A DNA stretch of 64,000 bases from the human T2T-CHM13v2.0 reference genome, Homo sapiens, in NCBI RefSeq assembly GCF_009914755.1, contig NC_060927.1; one strand, written 5' to 3'. The notes under the pieces were generated by a model. That model was not told the origin of the DNA and made no database searches. It saw nothing but the letters and a program-made list of their open reading frames with translations. The position numbers and the translations under genes were made by a program. Positions 53,380-64,000 of this stretch are shown here, piece after piece (the stretch's first letter is position 1; every line of letters starts with the position of its first letter).

Positions 53380-54180
53380 CTCCTCCATTTCCTTTACCCC
53401 TCAATCCACTTATCACTACATTCGCTTTTCCCTTCATCTCTGTGGTTGCAAAGTCCTGCAGACTTTGCCACATCTCAGTGCTGTGGCTTATTGCCTCCTC
53501 TTTCTCCCTCCCAGCACTGCTTTAATTAAGGCCCTCATTGCCTCCTGACTCACCTATACTCCTAGACTTCTGACTTGTCTCCTGGTTTTCACTCTTGTTC
53601 TGCTCCAGTCTATTTTCCACGTAGCCTCCAGAGAAAACCACAATTCACATATGACCATATCATTCTGGCTTAAAGTCCTACATTACAGCTTCCCAGATAT
53701 GGTTTTAGATCAGGGAGAGCTCAGAGGGATAGGAGCTATCTGCAGCCTCAGGTTTTTCTTCTCTTGTCTCCCGCTCATGGTACCCTGCTATCACTAGGCT
53801 ATTTCTTTCTTCAGTGCTTTGCTTTCATGACCCTTCTGCCCCAAATACCCACCTTAACCTGTTCTTTCTCCTCTTTCCCACAGGGCTCACTCTTGCTTAT
53901 CCTGAAAGCCTCAGAAATCCTTGCTTCCTCTAAATATTTGACCAGCTGCTCCAACAGATGGATTAGCTGCCCCTCTCTAATGCTTCCTTTCACACCCTTC
54001 ATACCCACTGAATTGCTTTTTCAGCAACTATTTATGTGTCTGTCTCTTGCAGTAGAATATATGAGTTCTGCCAGGGGAGGGACCATACCTGACTCATTTC
54101 TTTATTACTAGAACCTAGAATAGTTTCAGCCTAATGGTGGGTCTTGAAAGAATTTTGGTTGAATGCATGATAGATGAAAT
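53380..54180 (+). mobile_element. L2 fragments
   Basis: 'ctccagtctattttccac..gcctccagag' and end 'ttggttgaatgcatga'. Confidence 0.55.
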
Positions 54181-54569
54181 ATACACACACAAACATACAC
54201 ATACAGCCTCTCTCTCTCTCTCTCTCCCCCTCCCCCTCCCTCCCTCCCTCCCCTGTCTCTCTTGGAGGGATTAAGGGATTATACTGGAAGATGAAAGATG
54301 CAACTTCTAGATTGGCTAATGCCCCTGTTGAATTGATATACATGCCTGCCCTGAAAAGAGCAAGGATTAGACATTAAATAACTTGGATAAAGGATAAGTT
54401 TCAAAAGCAAAAAGAAATTGGAGCAAAACATAAAGTTATTCACAGAAGCAAGAAACAAACAAAAGTCACGAAATGTGTAGGTAGTGACAGAAAGTGAGAA
54501 AGAAATAGACAATATTGACCATTTTGATAACTTAGCCAGGTAAATTCTAGATGCCTTAAGTATGTTAAC

Positions 54570-55110
54570 CTATTTTAATACCACAAAAGTTCTCTTACAT
54601 ATATATTATTATCCCCTACAAATGAGAAAACCAAAGCCAAGAGGGAACAAATAATATACACTAGTGTAAATAGCTAATAAGAGATTTGATTTGAACCTAG
54701 GTCTGAGTGATACCAATATTGATGCTCTTTCTGCCACATTATATTGCTTCTAAAGATATACATGAGAAATTTTGCTTTTATCTCCATTTGTTCTTGGAGT
54801 AGAGGGAAAGGAATAGAAGGGCACGGTCGATATCTCCTGGCATGATAATAATGATAATAATAGTAAACACTTATATAGCAATTAAGATGTACTTGGTACT
54901 GTTGTAAGTAGTTTAAATACACTTCTTACACTATACTATCACAATTCTATGACTGAAATATTGTCGTGAAACTCCTCCTTTTACAGATGAGCAAACTGAG
55001 GCACAGAGAGTTCATGAACTTCTCCAAAGCCACACAGATAGTAAGTGGCCAATACGGGATTCAAAACCATGAGTGTAGCAGCCAAGTGGATGCCCTTAGC
55101 TATTCTGCCT
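54570..55110 (-). mobile_element. Two MIR copies
   Basis: 'caaatgagaaaaccaaagcc..gatttgaacctaggtctg' and 'ttttacagatgagcaaactgaggcacagagag'. Confidence 0.75.
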
Positions 55111-56371
55111 CCAAACATCCCCACATGGGACACAGAAAGAAGATAACCAGAAGAACCCAGAAGAAAAGAAATCCATATTGCACAGAGACTTTTTCTAGTC
55201 ACTCTATGGGTTTTCACTATAACTTTATGCAGATAAAGTAGAGGTGTATATTAACACCCCATTACACAGATAACCTTCACAAGACCTTCAACTTGAGGAT
55301 CAATTAGATCCTGGAAAAAGGCTGCAAGTCTTTATATCATTATATTTATATCATTATATCATTTATATCATTATAAATTAGACTTCTATTTTCTATAGCA
55401 AAACATGATAAATTAGGTTTATTTCTGGAAAAGCATTCAAATAAAAAATACCAAAATAAACACAAAAATACATGAAAGAAACACAAATGTAAGCTTTCAT
55501 AAACATTTCTTACATTACACATTTTACATAAGTTTGGTTTCTACATATACTAGACTTGTTGAAGGTTATTAAAATAGGAATCAATGAAGTTTGGATTGAA
55601 GGTAAATTATTTTTCCTCGCAGACTTCCCTGTAGCAAGCATAGGCATATGTCACTGCTTTAGGCATCTCAGACTTGAATTCAAAATTAGAGTGATTAGTC
55701 TCAAAACTTTTTATTCTAATTTGTTGTGAATGAATGGAAACTTTTAGCATAGTAAAAGCTGGGAGAAATCATTTCCACAGTGTCATCTTTTTCAATGACC
55801 TCTTGCTCTTCTATTTCAATAAGTCCTTTGACAATGACCTCTACCTGATTTGTCAATATTGCTAATTATTGCAGTCATTATCAACTACCCTCATGGTTTT
55901 GGTATTTTGGGTTCTGATATACGCTACTAAAATTCAGGCATCTTTGTTTATGTGACCCTATTATTTTACAATATAAATCTGAAATCTGAAAATTATTTGC
56001 ATATTGATTATATATTTTAAAATTCTGTTTCACTCAAATTTTGTATTAAACTAAGTGTTCTTGTTTAGAAAGCATTCTTTCTAAAAGTCCAGATTCCTGA
56101 AGATGAAGAAAATGACAATTGATATAGTAAATTCTCATTCATAAGAATAAGTCCTATCTACTTCAAAGGACTTCTGCACAAGTGGCATATAAATCTGACA
56201 GTTTTGAAATTGGAAAAGGTAACTGCTTAAAGTATCTAGCGGTAGAAAATAAAACCAAAGAAGATACAAATGAAGCTGAAGTAGCAAAAATTCAGTGTGC
56301 TCTCTCTCTCTCTCTGCATATATATCTATATATATTTACATAGATATAGATCTCTATCTCTCTATATATAT

Positions 56372-56386
56372 GGTATTAGTCCATTC

Positions 56387-56434
<48 letters not shown>

Positions 56435-58707
56435 TATTAGTCCATTCTCACGCTGCTAATAAAGACATACCAGAGACTGGGTAATTTATAAAGGAAAGAG
56501 GTTTAATTGACTCACAGTTCCACATGGCTGGGGAGGCCTCAGGAAACTTACAGTCATAGTGGAAGGCACCTCTTCACAGGGTGGTAGGAGAAAGAATGAG
56601 TGCCCAGCAAAGAGGGAAGCCCCTTATAAAACCCTCAGATCTCATGATAACTAACTCACTATCTCAAGAACAGGATGGGGGAAAATGCTCTCATGATTCA
56701 ATTATCTCCACCTGGTCCCTCCCATGACATGTGGGGTTTATGGGAACTAAAATTCAAGATGAGATTTGGGTGGGGACACAGAGCCAAATCATATAATTTC
56801 ACCCCTGGGTCCTCCCAAATCTCATGTCCCCACAATTCAAAACGCAATCATGTCCTTCCAACAGTCTCCCAAAGTCTTAACTCATTCCAGCATTAACTCA
56901 AAAGTCCAAGTCCAAAGTCTTATCTAAGACAAGGCAAGTCCCTTTCACCTCTGAACCTGTAAAATCAAAAGCAAGTTAGCTACTTCCCAGATACAATGTG
57001 GGTACAGGCATTGGATAAGTACACCTGTTCCAAATGGGAGAATTTGGCCAACACAAAAAGGCTACAGAACCCATGTAAGTCTGAAGTGCAATAGGGCAGT
57101 AATTAAATCTCTTAAAGCTCCACAATCTCCTTTGAGTCCATGTCTCACATTCAGGTCATGCTGATGCAAGAAGTGTGCTCCCATGACCTTGGGCAGCTCT
57201 GCCCTTGTGGCTTTGTGGGGTACAGCCCCCTTCTCAGCTGCTTTCATGGCTGGTGTTGAGTGTCTGTGGCTGTTCCAGGTGATGGTGCAGGCTATCAGTG
57301 GATCTATCATTCTGGGGTCTGGAGGATGGTCCTCCTCTCACAGCTCTACTAGGCAGTACCCCAGTGGGTATGCTGTGTTGGGGCTCCAACCCCACATTTC
57401 CTTCCTGCACTACCCTAGCAAAGGTTCTACATGAGGGCTTCACCCCTGCAGCACATCCAGGTGTTTCCATACATCCTCTGAAATCTAGGCAGAGGTTCTC
57501 AAACTTCAATTATTGTCTCATGTGTACCTGTAGGACCAGCACCACATGGAAACTGCAAAGACTTGGGGCTTGCACCTCTGAAGCCATGGCCCGAGCTGTA
57601 ACTGGGCCCCTTTTAGCCATGGCTAGAGCACCTGGGACACAGGGTACTACGTCCCTGGCTGCACACAGCAGGGGCACCCTGGATCTGTCCCAGGAAACCA
57701 TTTTTTCCTCTTAGGCCTCTGGGGTTACTGTGAAAGGTCTCTGACATGCCCTGGAGACATTTTCCCCATTGCCTTGGTGATTAACATTTGGCTCCTTGTT
57801 ACTTATGCAAATTTCTGCAGCCAGCTTGAATTTCTCCCTAGAAAATGGGTTTTTCTTTTCTACCACATCATCAGGCTGCAAAGTTTCTAAACATTTATGC
57901 TCTACCACTTCTTGAATGCTTTGCTGCTTAGAAATTCCTTCTAGTAGATACCCTAAATCATCTCTCTCAAGTTCAAAGTTCCACAGATCTCTAGGGCGAG
58001 CGCAAAATGCTGCTAGTCTCTTTGCTAAAACATAACAAGTCACCTTTGCTCCAGTTCCCAAGTTCCTCATCTCCATCTGAAACCACCTCAGCCTGGACTT
58101 CGTTGTCTATATCACTAACAGCATTTTGGTCAAAGCCATTCCACAAGTCTTTAGGAAGTTCCCAACTTTCCCACATCTTTTTTTTTTCTCCTGAGTTCTC
58201 CAAGTCTCTAGGAAGTTCCAAACCTTCCCACATTTTCCTCTCTTCTTCTGAGCCCTCCAAGCTGTTCCAACCTTTGCCTTTTATCCAGTTCAAAATTCGC
58301 TTCCACATTTTCAGGTATCTTTATGGTAGTGCCCCACTACCTGGTACCAATTTGCTGTATTAGTTTGTTCTCACACTGCTAATAAATATATACCTGAAAC
58401 TGTGTAATTTATAAAGGAGAGAGGTTTAATTAACTCACAGTTCCACATGGCTGGGGAGGCCTCAGGAAACTTATAATCATGGTGGAAGGCACCTCTTCAC
58501 AGGGCAGTAGGAGAGAGAATGAGTGCCCAGCAAAGGAGGAAGCCCCTTAAGAACCATCAGATCTTGTGAGAACTTTCACAAGAACAGGATGGAGGAAACT
58601 GTCCCATGATTCAATTATCTTCACCTGGTCCCTCCCATGACACATGGGTATTATGGGAACTAAAATTCAAGATGAGATTTCAGTGGAGACAAAACCAAAC
58701 CACGTCA
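56372..58707 (-). mobile_element. Full THE1 element (THE1C/D-like), LTR-int-LTR, in a TA-rich microsatellite
   Basis: LTRs at ~56372-56796 and 58356-58707 share 'ggaaggcacctcttcacagg'. THE1 internal sequence lies between them. Probable TSD TATAT. Confidence 0.93.
56387..56434. repeat. (ATAG)12 tetranucleotide STR
   Basis: 48-bp perfect repeat. Confidence 0.95.
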
Positions 58708-58855
58708 TATATATGTATATACTCACACACATATAAACATATAGAAAGAGTATATATATATATATACACACACACACGAAGATATACATATATACGTGTG
58801 TGTGCGCATATATACGTATATATATATACACATACATATATATGTATATATATAA
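58708..58855. repeat. Compound TA/CA microsatellite
   Basis: Seen directly. Confidence 0.9.
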
Positions 58856-59059
58856 TTTTAGCTCCTGAAAGTTGTTCAAAAGTCCCCTGAAGCAGGAGAA
58901 ACAATTATATGATTATTTGAAAATAAAGCATCTTCTTTCTCATATTCCCTGATGAGAACACATGAGAGCCGTTTCAGCAGCCAGAAAAATGTATACAAAA
59001 ATATACTACCCAATTATGTATTAATGCACACATTGCCTTCATTTTGCCTTATTTTCAGA

Positions 59060-59955
59060 TAGAAACTTAAACAATTGAACATGCATAAAACAACTCCATT
59101 AATAATGGGCAACAGACATGAACAGACACTTCTCAAAAGAAGATATGCAAGTGGCCAACAAACATATGAAAAAATGCTCAACAGCACTAATCATCAGATA
59201 AATGCATATCAAATACATAAGGAAATGGCATCTCATGCCAGTCATAATGACTATTATTAAAAAGTCAAAAAATAACAGATGCTGGTAAGGGTGTAGAGAA
59301 AAGAGAGTTCTTATACACTGTTGGTGGGAATGTAAATTAGTTCAGTGGCTGTGGGAAGCAGTTTGTAGATGTCTCAAATAACTTAAAGCAGAACTACCAC
59401 TGAAGCCAGCAATCCCAATACTGAATATATATGCAACTAAAAACAAATTGTTCTACCAAAAGACACACACACTCATATGTTCATCACAGCACAGCACTAG
59501 TCACAATAGCAAAGACATCTAATCAACCTAGGTGCCCATCAATGGTAGATTGCATGAAGAAAATGTACATATACACCATTAAATACTATGTAGCCATAAA
59601 AAAGAATGAGATCATGTCCTTTGCAGCAACGTGGGTGGAGCTGGAGCCCATTATCCAAAGCAAACTAACAGAAAAAGAAAACCAAAGACCAAATATAAGC
59701 ATGTTCTCACTTACAAGTGGGAGCTAAACGGTGGGTACTCATGAACATAAATATGGCAACAACAGAGACTGGGGACTACTAGATGGGAGGAGGAAAAATG
59801 GGAGAAAAGAGTTGAAAAACTACCTATTGGGTATTGTACTCAGTACCTGGGTAATAGGATTATTCATATCCCAAACCTCATCATCAAGCAATATACCCGG
59901 GTAACAAGCCTGCACATGTAACCCTTGAATCTAAAATAAAAGCTGAAAAAAAAAA
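59060..59955 (+). mobile_element. 5'-truncated LINE-1 (older L1PA, L1PA15/16-like)
   Basis: 'gacatgaacagacacttctcaaaagaaga' and 3' UTR 'ccaaacctcatcatcaagcaatatac..tgcacatgtaacccttgaatctaaaataaaagctg' followed by an A tail. Confidence 0.9.
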
Positions 59956-60514
59956 TTCAGAAATTAGAAGTAGTACTAAGACTTTGGAAACATTTACCAT
60001 GATTCTTCTATTTAGATTATGCCACAATGTATATGCAGTTTAAAAGAAAAATCAATGTATATCATATCGTAAAAAGATTTAACATTTTCATCTTTTAAAA
60101 AAGAGAAAATTATATTTTTAAATGTTTTATAATTCTCATTTCTTATGTAATGTGTTTTAGCACGATACTTTATTAATGTTATCTGTTAATACATATTTAG
60201 CATTTATATTTTCAATGCATTTATAATTTTATGTTTATATGTTTTGTGATAGAAAATGTTGATATTTAGTTGCTGATTTTTAAAATTATTTTACGAACCT
60301 TGAGCATGCTTTTAAAATTAGCAAGAATGCCAGAACTATGCAAATTAATTAACAAAATGCTGTAACTTTCACTCAACAACAGTAAAAAACTTGACAAATA
60401 TAAGTTTTTGTTATTTTTAAGATAAAAAATTAAAATGAGGTTATGCTTACAAATAAAGCTAGTGTAGGTGGCCTGTATGTCATCTAGAATTAAATTATGC
60501 TTATCTCTTCAAAA

Positions 60515-60680
60515 TAATTTCTCAAATTTTAATATATGCAAGAATCACCTGAGGATCTTACTGAAATTTAAGTTCTGATTCAGTAGGTCTGGACTGGGGT
60601 CTGGGATTTTGCAAATTTTAACAAACTCCCAGGTGGCATTAATGCTACTGGTCCAGGGACCACTTTTTGAGTGGGAAGGC
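60515..60680. mobile_element. MER5A
   Basis: 'gaatcacctgaggatctt..ttctgattcagtaggtctgg..ttaacaaactcccaggtg'. Confidence 0.8.
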
Positions 60681-61573
60681 TCTTCTAGAGTACTTTACAT
60701 CATTCTCCAATGAATGTTAGAGATCACTACCAGGTAGGGCTGTCTTAATGCCTATGACTTAAATGAATGGAAGAGGGCATGCTGGGAACAGTGAGGTAAG
60801 ATAAGATAGGTGAGGTGATCTTGGTCTTACAAGTAGGCAGGAGATTGGAATTTATATGGAAAAAATCTGAGTTAAAGAGTCTTATGAAGGGAGATCTGGG
60901 AAACATTCTGTTCATGGTGTACATACAAATTGAAGTAGGAGAAACTGGTGGAGAACATTTTCAGAAAATTCCTTCTTTCAATGAATGTCACTGAAAAGAG
61001 CATGAAGGTTGAGTGCAGCTTTGTCCCGGGATTCCTGGCTGTTCTTCCACTCCCAGGAAGCAGTGAGCTCCTGGCACAGAAATCCCTATGAGAGCCCTGG
61101 GCAGTGGAATCAGCAAAACAATGGAACAGGACACCAGCATTCACTGTTTGCTTTGTGTCTTATCCTTCAGGATGCTCCCCCTGACTGTGCCAAGCTAGCT
61201 TGGTCCGCATGCCTGTGTGCTCTCCATGCCTCTCTCTTCATGGCACTGGTCTCATTGAATCAGGACCATCTGTTTGCTCACCAGTATCTCCCCTTTAAAC
61301 CTGGAATACCCTGAGGGCATGAGCTACTCATACTGTGTCTGTTGTATATATGGTACCTAGCACAGTGTCCAGTTTTTGCCTGATACTGATCACTAAATAT
61401 TTGTTCAGTAAGTGAATGAGACCTTAAAGATCATTTAACCCCACTGAATCCCTTTTTTCCATTGTTAAATTAAGAAACACTCTGAAATAGAGTGAACCTG
61501 CAGCTGTGCTCCAATAGCTGCCCACTATGGTTTTCCATTTTGCTTTTACCTCTATTGACACAGTAGATTTTAA

Positions 61574-61703
61574 CCCATTTATGCCTGAGGTTGCAATTTT
61601 TTGAATTTTTGCAATCAGACCTTTGCTATGATCTTGAACAGTAGGATATAAATAACTCCCACATGATTAGTGTTCCAATAATGGAACATTAGGCATAAAG
61701 GGA
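61574..61703 (-). mobile_element. MER85 (non-autonomous piggyBac of the PGBD3 family)
   Basis: TTAA target at 61570-61573, TIR CCCATTTATGCCT, body 'gaggttgcaattttttgaatttttgcaatcagacc..gtaggatataaataactcccacatg', palindrome GTTCCAATAATGGAAC, opposite TIR AGGCATAAAGGGA followed by CTAA. Confidence 0.92.
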
Positions 61704-63284
61704 CTAATGCCAACCCTCTACCCCAAGATTCTATTTAACCTACTGTGACTCACATTGGACTTTCTGATTCAGTGTTCCTGATTCTGATTTCTGATTCTTG
61801 TTCTTGAATTAGGGAGCAGACTTCACCCACGCAATGACAGCAGAGACTCTTCTATTTTTTTCTGTCTTCATTAAGCTCTTCGGGTAGTGAGAAAAAGATG
61901 TATTCAGATTACCTCAGGGAATCAGGCACTTTGTAAGAAAGCAAGGGAGGCAAGAAAGTCAGGAACCTTCCTCGGCAGGGAAAAAGCACTCAGGTCCTTG
62001 AGCCTTCCCAGCTGGGACTGCCTACAGGCAATATGGCAATGCTCGTGACCACTGAGGATGCAGCAAAAACTCCAGTGTCCCAGCTTGCTCACCATACTCT
62101 CCTAGGCAGGAGCCCATGGCTCCCTGCTGCTTTTGCTGCATGCTGTGTTAGAAGTAAGGGCAGGAGATTCATGTGGCATGAGGGTCAGACTCTGCATGCG
62201 GAACCACCAGGCAGTCAGGGACACTGTCATTACATTGTCAACGTTGTAGTGAGATATGAGGCAAAGAGCCCACTCTGTGGCCCTTCAAACTGTCAGTGGT
62301 TTATCCTCCAGTTCTCTCACCTTCCTCATGCTATCCCCTTGTCCCAACCAACAGGAGTCAGAAAGATACTCTCTTTCTTGGGTATTTCAGGTGTCATCAC
62401 GTGGGCAAACTCACCCTGCACCTGTACATGTTCCTGTTTCATGAGAAAGAGCAGTATCAGAGAATGTTGCAGACATAGTCTCTGAGGTCCCTAAATGCTC
62501 ACAAAGTTATTTAAATAAATGGCAAAATATGATGCTTTCATTTTGATAAAATTGTGTAAGTGCATTATGGATGATTTACTTACTAAGGATGGCCACAGCA
62601 TTTAGGTGTCTGTGTTGCATTTTGGTTTATGATCACAACAGTGCCAAGATGTACACTTTTGATTTTTGTGAGCTAATGACAAAAGTAGAAACCATCAGTA
62701 TGTAAATGTTAATAATTCTCTTTCAAAGTAAACAGATCCTCATGATCTGTACAAATTAGGGTTTTACAAAAGTTCTATTACAGAAGAGTGGTGGGAAGTT
62801 GGTCCTTCCCATGGCATCATATAACATAGGCTACATGAGACATGTGAGACTTCCTGTGCAATTTCACAGTTACATATTTACTTTGAGATCAGCAATTTAG
62901 TTCCAGCAAAATAACACCATGCATCACATTGAATTTATGTTGTCAGTTTGATTTTTTATGGTCTCATTCTTTCAAAGATTTACTTTCTAATTTGTTTTGG
63001 TTTCATACCATTTTAAGAAATACAAGCAGAGAACATTAATCAATACTTTTGGGTTTATATATATTTAAGCAAAGTTAAAAGAAAAACAATTTAAGCCAAG
63101 GTTGGAAACTAAGAAAACTTTCCCTTCTTAAGAAACTGTTCACATATTGGTCAAGCTTCAGAAACACTGGTTATCCCTTTTAAAGACATTAATCCCTTGG
63201 TTTCAAACACATTCTCCATGAAGAAGCAAAAGAGGCCCATAGTTGACATCAAATGAGGGCATTCTTTGTAGGGGACTCTATTGG

Positions 63285-63705
63285 AGTATCTCCCAGATCC
63301 CCTTTATTAGGCCAGCACACCTGTCTCCCAGCTTTGGTAAATGATGGCTGCTAATGGCTCATGGATGTCTCCTTCTCTGAAGAACTGGCCTCAGAAAAAA
63401 GACAGGCCACACGAGAGATAACACCTTTGCCACCCAACTGAGGACACCTCACAGCCACTGACTGGCTGACTTGAGGGTACAAAATCCTAGACCGCTTGCC
63501 TCAAGGTGGGCTCAACTCTTGGGTACAATTCATACCCCAAAGCATCCCATGGGATCAGCAAAAGCTAAACTCCAGGTGATACCACATCTGCCTAGATTCT
63601 TTTCTTCTTTATTTTGATTTCCTTATTGTTTCTCTCCAGAGAGCACACCCCAACATGCAGCTAAATGCCTGTCTTAGTCTGTGTTTCTAGGGAACCACAC
63701 CTACT
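63285..63705 (+). mobile_element. ERVL LTR (LTR16-like)
   Basis: 'gcttgcctcaaggtgggctcaactct..cccatgggatcag..tgtcttagtctgtgtttctagggaacc'. Confidence 0.7.
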
Positions 63706-64000
63706 TCACCCTCCTAATTTATAGAAAGCCTACTCAGCACAAAGATAGGGCCTGACTTTTGGGCCCAAATGAAGTATCTGTGGAAATGAGTTTTTCTTCT
63801 ATTTCCATTACCATGAATAAAAGACATGTACGTATCTCATTCTCTAGAACATGTTGGAAAATATTTCTAAATGTGATTTAATTACCAAAGACCTCTGGCA
63901 GATTGAATATGAAGATTTCTGACTTACAGGTTGTGTGAAAATCTAAAAACTTAAATGGTTACTTTTAAATATTTTTAAATCTCTAAAACCAAATGACTCT

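Noticed and set aside
60872-61314. Overlapping 90 and 101 aa ORFs on opposite strands
   Set aside because: No recognisable domain or exon structure, and the lengths are within chance expectation.

Overview
This window is primate (very probably human) intergenic or deep-intronic DNA. It is AT-rich, CpG-depleted and dominated by transposable elements. I find no credible protein-coding exon, RNA gene or CpG island, and no prokaryote-type system. Nearly all ORFs in the track are frames inside L1, Alu, THE1/MLT or microsatellite sequence. The main features are: a full-length ~6.8 kb L1PB-type LINE-1 (minus strand, perfect 15-bp TSD); two full LTR-int-LTR THE1 elements; several solo MaLR/ERVL/ERV1 LTRs with readable TSDs; about ten Alus; a MER85 piggyBac MITE with its CSB-PGBD3 palindrome intact; HAL1, L2, L3/CR1, MIR and hAT relics; and several nested insertions. 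The structures least explained by ordinary repeats are (i) a ~590-bp element at 49.7-50.3 kb with an imperfect palindrome around a Crypton-like core plus a CCAAT/FOX/octamer cluster, (ii) a pre-miRNA-sized hairpin at 10.4 kb, and (iii) a 150-codon ORF in apparently unique DNA at 62.0-62.5 kb. I cannot support a claim of a new biological system; these are leads to check. Subfamily names come from my recall of consensus sequences, not from a RepeatMasker run, and boundaries without a TSD are approximate.
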